NCBI GenBank assembly: GCA_031375485.1
Contig: JANMHX010000287.1
Coordinates: forward strand, 10,644 to 74,643
DNA length: 64,000 nt
Direction of reading: 5' to 3'
Source: Gemmatimonadota bacterium
Lineage (GTDB): Bacteria; Gemmatimonadota; Gemmatimonadetes; Gemmatimonadales; GWC2-71-9
Shown: in pieces, positions 22,331 to 30,507 of the stretch
Position numbering within the stretch: the first letter of the stretch is position 1
How the letters are laid out: every line of letters starts with the position of its first letter
The notes under the pieces: model-generated
The model's input: only the letters and a program-made list of their open reading frames with translations
What the model was told of the DNA's origin: nothing
Database searches by the model: none
Translations under genes and position numbers: made by a program

Positions 22331-23187
22331 CCATTTCCGGCTTCACGATCGTCCGGAACGCCATCGAGTTGGATTTCCCGGTGGTCGAGAGCATCCGGTC
22401 GATTCTGCCGCTCTGCGACGAGATGATTGTCAACGTCGGCCGCTCGACCGACGAGACCCTCGCGTTGATCCATTCGATCGGCGATCCCAAAATCCGGATC
22501 ATCGAGACCGAGTGGAACTTGGCCGACGGAAGTTCGGTGCTTCGAGACGAAACCCTCCGGGCCATGCGGGCCTGCCGGCACCCATGGGGCCTCTACATCC
22601 AAGCGGACGAAGTTCTCCACGAGCGAGGGGCCGGGGTGCTCCGGGACGCGATCGCGACCGCCGGGCCCGCGGTCGAAGGTATCGTCGTGAAGTACCGCCA
22701 CCTGTTCGGGAGTCCGGCCACCGAAGCGGTGAATCGCCGGTGGTATCGCCGCGAGGTCCGGGCCGTGCGACTCGACCCCCGGTACGAGATCCATCCGTAT
22801 CGTGACGCCCAGGGGTTCCGGGTCGGTCCCGCCAATCGCCGGGTCAAGGCCCGGCTCGCCGACGCCGAGATGTTCCACTACGGGTATACCCGGAGCGCGG
22901 CCGCGCTCCGGGGGCGTCGGACCATCGACCGGTCGCTCTATCCGGACCGGCCGGACTACGATTTCGACCGGGCGGTGTTGCGATGGTTTCCCGGGATCCG
23001 GCCGTTCACGGGTACCCACCCCGCCGTGGCGCGCCGGTGGGTCGAGCAGCACGCGGTCGATCCCGAGCGCCGGATTACCGAGCCGAACTTTCGGTGGGAC
23101 CACGTCCGGTTCCATGTCTCGGACGCGGTGGAGCGACTGACCGGCGTCCGGATGTTCGAGTTCCGCAACTATCAGTTGATCAGATGA
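22327..23187 (+). CDS. glycosyltransferase family 2-like protein
   Basis: MTISGFTIVRNAIELDFPVVESIRSILPLCDEMIV N-terminus. The ATG at 22327 overlaps the upstream stop (ATGA). Confidence 0.5.
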   Translation: MTISGFTIVRNAIELDFPVVESIRSILPLCDEMIVNVGRSTDETLALIHSIGDPKIRIIETEWNLADGSSVLRDETLRAMRACRHPWGLYIQADEVLHERGAGVLRDAIATAGPAVEGIVVKYRHLFGSPATEAVNRRWYRREVRAVRLDPRYEIHPYRDAQGFRVGPANRRVKARLADAEMFHYGYTRSAAALRGRRTIDRSLYPDRPDYDFDRAVLRWFPGIRPFTGTHPAVARRWVEQHAVDPERRITEPNFRWDHVRFHVSDAVERLTGVRMFEFRNYQLIR

Positions 23188-24158
23188 GGTCGATCCGGTG
23201 GTTCGCGCCGAACCGGTACTGCGGTTTGGTGGTGCCGGCGCTCCGCGAGGCCGGGTGGTCGATTGCCACCGAAGGAGAAGACTCGGCCGATCTGGTCGTG
23301 GCCATGGACGGGCAGTCCGCCGTCATGGGCTTCGAGTTTGCCCGTCGCCACCGGTGCCGGTTGCTGCTGTATCTCTGGGACCTCCCGCCGTGGCGCCTCG
23401 GCGGGGGCCGCCCCGATGTCGTGTTCGAATGGCGGGGCCGGATCCGTCGGGTGCCCCGAGTTCTCGGCGGGTTTCCTGAACGGGCGGGTTACTACAGCCG
23501 GATCGCCTTCGCGGCCCGGCGGGCCGACTGGGTCTGGGCTCCCTCGATCGCGACGGTGACCGATCTGGCGGGTCGGTTTGGCGTCGAGGCCCGGTCGGTG
23601 GCGTACTGCTATGACTCGGGCCGGTTTCGTCCGGTCGGGCGGCAGGCCGAGACTCCGCAGCGGCTCCTCTCGGTCTCCCGCTTGGTGCCGCACAAGAACC
23701 ACGACGCGGTCATTCGCGCGGCCTCCCGGATGGAGCCCAGGCCGGTCGTGCACCTGATCGGTCAGGGTCCCGAGGCGCCGGCCCTCGTTCGATTGGCGGC
23801 CGAACTCGGCGTCCGGCTCGAACTCGCCGCCGAATGGCAGACCGATGAAGCGGTGGCCGACGCGTATCGCCGCGCCACGGTGGTGGTGGCCCCGAGCCGG
23901 TTCGAAGGTTTTGGCCTGACCCCGATCGAAGGCGTGGCGACCGGGGTCCCGACCGTGGCGTCCGACATTCCGCCCCACCGGGAGCACTTGGGCAACGCCG
24001 TCCACTACTTCAACCTCGAAGACGAGTTCTCCCTCATCTCGGCAATTCGGATTGCCATTGAAGTCGGTCCGGTCGATCCGGCGGCGGTGGCGCACCTGAC
24101 GATCGCGCGGGCCGCAACTCGGTTCGCCACCCATCTGGCCGAATTGGTCGAATCGTGA
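23184..24158 (+). CDS. glycosyltransferase family 4 (GT-B, Glycos_transf_1 type)
   Basis: LLSVSRLVPHKNHD and PSRFEGFGLTPIEGVATGVP motifs. ATGA overlap with the upstream gene. Confidence 0.7.
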   Translation: MRSIRWFAPNRYCGLVVPALREAGWSIATEGEDSADLVVAMDGQSAVMGFEFARRHRCRLLLYLWDLPPWRLGGGRPDVVFEWRGRIRRVPRVLGGFPERAGYYSRIAFAARRADWVWAPSIATVTDLAGRFGVEARSVAYCYDSGRFRPVGRQAETPQRLLSVSRLVPHKNHDAVIRAASRMEPRPVVHLIGQGPEAPALVRLAAELGVRLELAAEWQTDEAVADAYRRATVVVAPSRFEGFGLTPIEGVATGVPTVASDIPPHREHLGNAVHYFNLEDEFSLISAIRIAIEVGPVDPAAVAHLTIARAATRFATHLAELVES

Positions 24159-25327
24159 CCGACTTGCTGCTGGCCTACGACTTTCCGCCGATCGGTGGCG
24201 GGATTGCCCGCTGGATGGCGGAGATCGCCCGCCGATATCCCGCCGGCGGTTTGGTGGTCTCCACCGGGTCGCTGCCCGCGGCCGACGACCGATTTCCGAA
24301 TCGGGTTGACCGGATCACCGTGCCGTCCGGTCGGCTCCGAACGGTGCCGGGCCTCTGGGCCTGGCGCCGCCGGGTTCGGAGCCTCGTGGCGGCTCATGCG
24401 GTCCAGTTCGTGTGGTGCGGGAATCTCCGGCCCGCCGGGTACGTCGCGGCGCGGACTCGGCAGCGAGACGGCATCCCGTACGGCGTCCTGCTCCACGGGG
24501 GGGACTTGCTTCAGCTTCGGGCCAAGTTCGCCGGCTCGGCCCTCAAGCGGCACTCCGCCAGGGCCCTGCTCGCGAACGCGGCGGTGCTGGTGGCCAATAG
24601 CGGCTGGACCGCCGACCTTGCCGGCCACATTCTGGCGGCGCTCGGGATCGACCCGGCCGATCGCGTCCGGGTGGTGCCGTTAGGCAGTGATCCGGCGGTG
24701 TTCCGTCCCGGACTTACGACCGAGACGGTCATGGCCCGCTATCAGATCCGGCCCGGCCGGGTCCGGTTGCTGACCGTTGCCCGCCTGGTGCCCCACAAAG
24801 GCATCGATGTCGGCATTGCGGCCGTGGCCGCGCTCCGCGAGCGGATCCCCGGTCTGACCTATCTCGTGGTCGGGCGGGGACCGGACCGGCCCCGCCTCGA
24901 AGCCCTGGCCCAGTCGTTAGGCGTCGGCTCGTTGGTGCAGTTCGCCGACGGTGTGTCCGATGCTGATTTGCCGGCCGTCTACGGAACCGCCGATCTCTAT
25001 CTCGGGCTGTCGCGGGCCGAGGGGCTCGACGTCGAAGGATTCGGCATTGCCCTCGCCGATGCCGCGGCGTCCGGCCTGGCGGTGGTGGCGGGGCGGAGCG
25101 GGGGCACCGGCTCGGCGGTCCTCGACGGGGAGACCGGGGCCCTGGTCAACGGCAGCGATCCCGTCGCGGTGGCCGCCGCGGTGGCCGCGATGCTCGACGA
25201 TCCGGCCCGGCGTCGCGATCTTGGCGAGGCCGGCCGGCGGTGGGTCGAACGGGATCGGAATTGGGACCGCGTCGTCCGGGACCTTCAAGCCATCAGTCGA
25301 TCGGCGGCCACAGCTGCACGGCGGTAA
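24155..25327 (+). CDS. glycosyltransferase family 4 (PimB-like mannosyltransferase type)
   Basis: LLAYDFPPIGGGIARW, LLTVARLVPHKGID and EGFGIALADAAASGLAVV motifs. GTGA overlap with the upstream gene. Confidence 0.75.
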   Translation: MTDLLLAYDFPPIGGGIARWMAEIARRYPAGGLVVSTGSLPAADDRFPNRVDRITVPSGRLRTVPGLWAWRRRVRSLVAAHAVQFVWCGNLRPAGYVAARTRQRDGIPYGVLLHGGDLLQLRAKFAGSALKRHSARALLANAAVLVANSGWTADLAGHILAALGIDPADRVRVVPLGSDPAVFRPGLTTETVMARYQIRPGRVRLLTVARLVPHKGIDVGIAAVAALRERIPGLTYLVVGRGPDRPRLEALAQSLGVGSLVQFADGVSDADLPAVYGTADLYLGLSRAEGLDVEGFGIALADAAASGLAVVAGRSGGTGSAVLDGETGALVNGSDPVAVAAAVAAMLDDPARRRDLGEAGRRWVERDRNWDRVVRDLQAISRSAATAARR

Positions 25328-26357
25328 TCGCGCCGGTCGGACAAGCCCGGACCACCCGGTCACCCAATGCCGACCACGATTGCCGGGGCGACAGGACCAC
25401 CGCCAAGCCATCGGCGGCCCGTCCGAACACGGCGGGCTCGCGGGAATAACAGATCCCGCACCCGATGCAGGCCTTGGGTTCGATGGCCAGGACGACCTCG
25501 CGCTGGGGATGGACCCCGGGAGGCAGCGCGGCGAGCTGCCCAGGCAGCCGGTCCAGAGCGGAATTGAGCGCCCGGAACCCCTCGGAAATCAAGTACGGGG
25601 TCCGGTTGAAGGAGAACATCGAAATCCGTTCGACTCGGGGCCGGACCAGCAGGATCGGCGGGTCCTGCCAATCGCGCAGCAGTTCCTCGGTCAGCGTGCT
25701 CATCACGATCTCGAGTCCCCGGGCATAGGTCAGGGCAAACCCCTGCCGCTCGATGGCGTGGCGCCGGCCCCCGCTGCCGCCGACGTCCACGGCGATGATC
25801 GGGACCGAGCCCGCGGCCAAGGCGGTCCGGATCGGAAGGTTCTCGGCCACGGCGCCGTCGACGCAGACCCGGCCGTCGATCGGCCGGGGGGCCAGAATGC
25901 CGGGCAGGGCGCACGACGCGAAGACGGCGTCGGCGACCCGGACGTTGGTCAGCCCCGGCAGCCCCCAGGGAATCTGGACCCCGGAGTTCAAGTCCACGGT
26001 GTTGACGACCAGACGGCGAGGCAGATCCTCGAACGTCCGGTCGCCGACGATCGAATGGATCAGGTGTTCGAGCGGCTCTCGGCGGTAGACGGCCGGTGAC
26101 AACATCCGTTTGAGCGCCATGTCGAGATGGGCCACCCGGAAAACGTCCTGCCGCTTGATGGCGAGGGCCCGGTCTTCCATGTCCCGGACCGTCATGCCGG
26201 ACGCCCAGGCCGCGGCGATCAGCGACCCGATGCTGCAGCCGACGACCACCTCCGGTTCGAGGCCCCGTTCCTCGAGGGCTCGGAACACCCCAACGTGGGC
26301 CAGCCCCTTCAGGCCGCCGCCCCCGAGCACCAGATTGAATTGAGAACTAGTTGCCAT
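25293..26357 (-). CDS. patatin-like phospholipase fused to a C-terminal single-cluster ferredoxin domain
   Basis: Oxyanion LGGGGLKG, nucleophile GCSIG and Asp motif VDGAV. The C-terminus carries CIGCGIC...x36...CP. Confidence 0.75.
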   Translation of the reverse strand: MATSSQFNLVLGGGGLKGLAHVGVFRALEERGLEPEVVVGCSIGSLIAAAWASGMTVRDMEDRALAIKRQDVFRVAHLDMALKRMLSPAVYRREPLEHLIHSIVGDRTFEDLPRRLVVNTVDLNSGVQIPWGLPGLTNVRVADAVFASCALPGILAPRPIDGRVCVDGAVAENLPIRTALAAGSVPIIAVDVGGSGGRRHAIERQGFALTYARGLEIVMSTLTEELLRDWQDPPILLVRPRVERISMFSFNRTPYLISEGFRALNSALDRLPGQLAALPPGVHPQREVVLAIEPKACIGCGICYSREPAVFGRAADGLAVVLSPRQSWSALGDRVVRACPTGAITAVQLWPPID

Positions 26358-26363
26358 AGTAGG

Positions 26364-26370
26364 ATATTAT
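26364..26370. promoter_or_regulatory. shared AT-rich -10-like box between two divergent ATGs 19 nt apart
   Basis: The + strand reads TATTAT-cgacga-ATG (26377). The - strand reads TAATAT-cctact-ATG (26357). This is the only AT-rich patch in the region. Confidence 0.35.
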
Positions 26371-26376
26371 CGACGA

Positions 26377-27543
26377 ATGACGATCTCCGCGAAACCCAGC
26401 TGCTACGACGTGCAGGCGCTCCGGCGGGAAGAGTTCCCCTGGGCCGACGAAACCCTGTACCTGAATCACGCAGGAATCGGTCCGCTCCCCGAGCGGGTCC
26501 GGCAGACGCTGGAAGCCTACCAGCGGGACCGGGCGGCTGCCTACCGCCTTACCGACGATCACCTGTTCCGGGTCCTCGACCGGGCCCGGGAGGTCGCCGC
26601 GCGGCTGATCAATGCCACGCCCGCCGAAATCGCCCTCTCGACCAACACCAGCTACGGCATCAACGTGGCCGCATTGTCGCTCCCGCTCCACCAGGGCGAT
26701 ATCGTGCTGGCAAGCGACGGTGAGTTCCCGGCCAACGTCTTCCCCTGGCGCCAACTCGCCAAGCGGGGGGTGACGCTGGAACTGGTCCCGGTGACGGCCG
26801 ATGGCTGGCCCGACGAAGCCAGGATCGCCGAACGGATGCCCGACCCGCGGGTCAAGGTCCTGGCGCTCTCGCAGGTGCAATTTCACACCGGATACCACGC
26901 CAATCTCCGGACCCTCTCTTCGGTGGCGCGAGCCACCGGAACGTATCTGGTCATCGATGCCATTCAGGCCCTGGGACAGATTCCGTTCGACGTCCAGGAG
27001 ACCCCGGTCGACATCCTGGCCTGCGGGGCCCAGAAGTGGCTCCTCTCGCCGTGGGGGTCGGGGTTTACCTACATTCGGAGGGAACTCGTCGAGCAGCTGG
27101 AGCCCCCGATGGCCGGCTGGACGGCCTTCGAGGGCACCGATGACCTTGGCACGCTCACCCACTATCGGGGCGATTGGCGGTCAGACGCCCGCCGGTTCGA
27201 GTTGATCACGCTGCCGTTTCAGGACTTCGTCGGGATGATCGGTTCGGTGGAGTTGTTGCTCGACATCGGGATCGATCGGATTCAGAACCACCTGGCCGAG
27301 ATCAACCAGCCGGTGCTCGAATGGGCCGCCGCCCGCGGGGTCCGGGTCTCGTCACCAACCGGTGCCTCCGGGAGCGGGATGGTGTGTTTGGTTCCCCCGG
27401 ACCCCGCGGCCACCTTCGCCAAGCTGACCGGGGCCGGAGTCGTGGCCTCCCATCGGGAGGGCGCCCTCCGGTTCAGTCCACATTGCTACAATACCATCGA
27501 GGAAATGGCCCGGCTCGCCGAGCTGCTCGATCGGTCCATCTGA
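26377..27543 (+). CDS. aminotransferase class V-fold PLP-dependent enzyme
   Basis: YLNHAGIGPLPERV N-terminus and the FDVQETPVDILACGAQKWLLSPWGSGF region, with the Lys in the expected context. Confidence 0.7.
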   Translation: MTISAKPSCYDVQALRREEFPWADETLYLNHAGIGPLPERVRQTLEAYQRDRAAAYRLTDDHLFRVLDRAREVAARLINATPAEIALSTNTSYGINVAALSLPLHQGDIVLASDGEFPANVFPWRQLAKRGVTLELVPVTADGWPDEARIAERMPDPRVKVLALSQVQFHTGYHANLRTLSSVARATGTYLVIDAIQALGQIPFDVQETPVDILACGAQKWLLSPWGSGFTYIRRELVEQLEPPMAGWTAFEGTDDLGTLTHYRGDWRSDARRFELITLPFQDFVGMIGSVELLLDIGIDRIQNHLAEINQPVLEWAAARGVRVSSPTGASGSGMVCLVPPDPAATFAKLTGAGVVASHREGALRFSPHCYNTIEEMARLAELLDRSI

Positions 27544-27562
27544 ACACGGGAGAATATTCGCC

Positions 27563-29134
27563 ATGGCGACCTTCGACGACATGCTCAAAGAGGGCTACGG
27601 GTTTGCCCTTCCCGTCATCACGTTAGGCGCCGCCATGGAAGGCTCCGCGGTCATCGCCGAGCCCAAGGTGTCGTTCCCGCTGTCGATGATGACCCGTCAT
27701 GGCCTGATCGCCGGGGCCACCGGAACCGGCAAGACGAAGACTCTCCAGTTGATGGCCGAGCAGCTATCGGCGCAGGGTGTGCCGGTCTTCGTGGCCGACA
27801 TCAAGGGCGACCTGGCCGGGATTGCCAGGGAAGGGGTTCCCTCCGCCCGGATCGACGAACGCCTGGCCTCGATCGACGCGGCCTGGGCTCCCCGGGCCAT
27901 GCCGACCGAGTTCGTCAGCCTGACTGGGGTCAACGGGGTGCAACTCCGCGCCACGGTGAGCTCGTTCGGGCCGCTCCTGCTCAGCAAAGTGCTCGACCTG
28001 AACGAGACCCAGGCCAGTGTCTTGAGTTTGGTGTTCAAGGCCTGCGACGATCAAGGGCTGCCGCTCCTCGACTTCGCCGATCTCCGTTCCGTGCTCAAGT
28101 TTCTCTCGAGCGACGAAGGCAAACCGGTCCTCAAGGAGTACGGCGGGATGTCGAACGCCACCGTGGGCGTCCTGCTCCGGAAGATGGTCGAACTCGAGCA
28201 ACAGGGCGCTGAGAAGTTCTTCGGTGAGCCGGAGTTCGATGTCCACGACTTGCTCCACACCACGCCGGACGGGCGAGGGGTGGTCACCTGCCTCGAATTA
28301 GCCGATTGCCAGGATAAACCGGCGTTGTTTTCGACCTTCATGATGTGGCTGATGGCGGAGCTGTACCAGAACTTGCCCGAGGCGGGCGACCTGCCGAAGC
28401 CGAAGCTGGTGTTTTTCTTTGATGAAGCCCATCTGCTGTTCCGGGGAGCCTCGAAACAGTTCCTCGAACAGGTCGAACAAGTCGTCCGCCTGATCCGCTC
28501 CAAGGGCGTCGGCATCTTCTTCGTGACCCAAACCCCGAAAGACGTGCCGGAAGCCGTCTTGGCTCAACTCTCCAACCGGGTCCAACACGCGCTCAGGGCG
28601 CACACGCCCGACGATGAGACCGCCCTCAAGGCCACCGTCCGGACCTTTCCGAAGACCAGCTACTACGACCTCCAGGAGACCATTACCTCACTCGGGATCG
28701 GCGAGGCGATCGTCACCGGTCTCTCCCCGAAGGGCGTCCCGACGCCCGTGGTGGCGACCCGAATGGTCCCGCCCACCTCACGAATGGGCCCGCTCCTGCC
28801 GGAAGAATTCCGGGCCGAAGCGGCCGAGTCGGACCTGATGCGAGAGTACGGAACCCCGATCGACCGGGAGAGCGCCCATGAAATCCTGGCCCGCCGGCTC
28901 GAACACCCCGAACCGCCCCCGGCGGCGGCCCCATCCCGGGGTCCGTTCCGCGAGCCGGAGCCACCCACCGCCCCGTCGCGTGCCGGGAAAGGTTGGGCGC
29001 AAGTCGCCGGCGGCGCGCTCCTGGGCGCCCTCACCAGTACCATGGCCAGAACCATCGGCCGGGAACTCGTCCGCGGCGTCTTCGGCATGCTCGGCGCCAA
29101 ACGCCCCCGCCAAACCCGCCGCTCCCGCTGGTAG
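27563..29134 (+). CDS. DUF853 / HerA-like P-loop ATPase (YjgR family)
   Basis: Walker A GATGTGKTKT and Walker B-like LVFFFDEAHLLF. The basic C-terminal tail is typical of the family. Confidence 0.7.
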   Translation: MATFDDMLKEGYGFALPVITLGAAMEGSAVIAEPKVSFPLSMMTRHGLIAGATGTGKTKTLQLMAEQLSAQGVPVFVADIKGDLAGIAREGVPSARIDERLASIDAAWAPRAMPTEFVSLTGVNGVQLRATVSSFGPLLLSKVLDLNETQASVLSLVFKACDDQGLPLLDFADLRSVLKFLSSDEGKPVLKEYGGMSNATVGVLLRKMVELEQQGAEKFFGEPEFDVHDLLHTTPDGRGVVTCLELADCQDKPALFSTFMMWLMAELYQNLPEAGDLPKPKLVFFFDEAHLLFRGASKQFLEQVEQVVRLIRSKGVGIFFVTQTPKDVPEAVLAQLSNRVQHALRAHTPDDETALKATVRTFPKTSYYDLQETITSLGIGEAIVTGLSPKGVPTPVVATRMVPPTSRMGPLLPEEFRAEAAESDLMREYGTPIDRESAHEILARRLEHPEPPPAAAPSRGPFREPEPPTAPSRAGKGWAQVAGGALLGALTSTMARTIGRELVRGVFGMLGAKRPRQTRRSRW

Positions 29135-29145
29135 CCCCCCGGCGC

Positions 29146-30429
29146 TCAGCCGAGCGCCGAGCCCCCAGTGCCGAGTGCCAAAAACGCATAACTTCGTTTC
29201 CCCTTTTGCAGGGCCACGAAACGGCCGGCCAGCAAATGCTCGGCGCCGATGACGACCTCGGGCCCCGAGATCTTCTTCCCGTTGATTGAGAAGCCCTGAC
29301 CTTGGAGGCCGCGCCGGGCCTCGCCCTTCGAGGCGGCCAGGCCGGTTTCCACCAAGGCATCGATCACCGAAATACCCGTGGCCAGACGGTCGGCTTCGAC
29401 GCCGATCGTCGTGACCTCGCCCGCAACGACCGTCAACGTCTCGGCGTCGGCATCGGCCAAGGAACTTCCGCCGAACAACAACTCGCTGGCCGCCATGACC
29501 CGGTCGGTGGTGACGCTGCCGTGAACCCGGATCGTGACGTCCCGGGCCAGGAATCGCTGGGCCACTCGCCGGCTCGGGTCAGCGCTTTGCTCGGCCATCA
29601 CCGCGGCAATCTCTTCCAGCGGCACGGTGGTGAAGGTCTTCAGCAACCGCTCGGCATCGGCGTCGTCGGTGTTGAGCCAGAATTGGTAGAACCGGTACGG
29701 CGACGTGCGCGCCGGGTCGAGCCAGATGTTGCCGCTCTCGCTCTTGCCGAACTTGGCGCCGCTTGCCGTGGTGAGGAGCGGGAGCACGGCGCCGTGCGCC
29801 TGCCCGCCTTGGCGGGAGATCAGCTCGATGCCGGCCGTGATGTTCCCCCACTGGTCGCTGCCACCCATCTGTAACTCGCACCCGGCGGTCCGATGCAGGT
29901 GGTGGAAGTCGTGGGCCTGGACCAGCATGTACGCAAACTCGGTGAACGAGATCCCACTCTCCATCCGGCTCTTGACCGAGTCCTTCTGGAGCATGTAGTT
30001 GATCGTGAAGTGCTTCCCGGTGTCCCGGAGGAACTCGAGCAGGCTCAAGCCGACCAGCCAATCGGCGTTGTTCCGGAGCGTGGCGGCGTTGGCCCCGCTG
30101 AAATCGAGGAACCGGCCCAGCTGGCCCTGGATCGCCGCTGCGTTGGCCGCCACCGTCTCGGCCGAGAGCATGGGGCGCTCGTTGCGCTTGCCGCTCGGGT
30201 CGCCCACCATGCCGGTGCCGCCGCCGATCAGCGCGATCGGCGTGCCGCCCAATCGCTGCAGCCACACCAGGGCCATGACCGGCACCAGATTGCCGACATG
30301 GAGTGAGTCGGCCGTCGGGTCGAACCCGACATAGCCGGTAATCGGCCCCTCGGCCAACCGGGCGGCCAAGCCGGGGGTGGCCTCGTGCAAGAGCCCGCGG
30401 GCGGCGAGGGTGGTCAGCAGAGTCGTCAT
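29146..30429 (-). CDS. tyrS: tyrosine--tRNA ligase
   Basis: HVGN (HIGH variant) and KFGKS (KMSKS variant) motifs, plus an S4-like C-terminus. The start is trimmed to MTTLLTTL (ATG at 30429). Confidence 0.9.
   Translation of the reverse strand: MTTLLTTLAARGLLHEATPGLAARLAEGPITGYVGFDPTADSLHVGNLVPVMALVWLQRLGGTPIALIGGGTGMVGDPSGKRNERPMLSAETVAANAAAIQGQLGRFLDFSGANAATLRNNADWLVGLSLLEFLRDTGKHFTINYMLQKDSVKSRMESGISFTEFAYMLVQAHDFHHLHRTAGCELQMGGSDQWGNITAGIELISRQGGQAHGAVLPLLTTASGAKFGKSESGNIWLDPARTSPYRFYQFWLNTDDADAERLLKTFTTVPLEEIAAVMAEQSADPSRRVAQRFLARDVTIRVHGSVTTDRVMAASELLFGGSSLADADAETLTVVAGEVTTIGVEADRLATGISVIDALVETGLAASKGEARRGLQGQGFSINGKKISGPEVVIGAEHLLAGRFVALQKGKRSYAFLALGTGGSALG
29149..29179. repeat. degenerate copy (about 4 units) of the GCCGAGY heptamer array
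   Basis: gccgagc gccgagc ccccagt gccgagt gcc. It occupies the last codons of tyrS and sits next to the 11-nt convergent gap. Confidence 0.6.
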
Positions 30430-30495
30430 TGGGAGGGAAAAACTACCACGTCCGGTGTCGTCTGTCTGCCCTTCCGCCGGTCTCCCCTTCCGCCT

Positions 30496-30501
30496 TACCT
30501 T
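30496..30501 (+). promoter_or_regulatory. -10-like hexamer TACCTT, 6 nt upstream of the PBP1A ATG
   Basis: TACCTT-gccctc-ATG (30508). Confidence 0.3.
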
Positions 30502-30507
30502 GCCCTC

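Noticed and set aside
27551-27556. A -10-like box before the DUF853 gene (GAGAAT or AGAATA, 6-7 nt upstream of the ATG at 27563).
   Set aside because: It departs from TANNNT at the first position. The gene may simply be co-transcribed with the upstream aminotransferase across the 19-nt gap.
25293-29134. Patatin phospholipase plus HerA-like DUF853 ATPase as a possible anti-phage defence island (CBASS- or HerA-associated type).
   Set aside because: There is no cyclase/nucleotidyltransferase, Sir2, DUF4297 or other partner genes. The two genes are separated by a PLP enzyme and lie on different strands, and the flanking genes are housekeeping.
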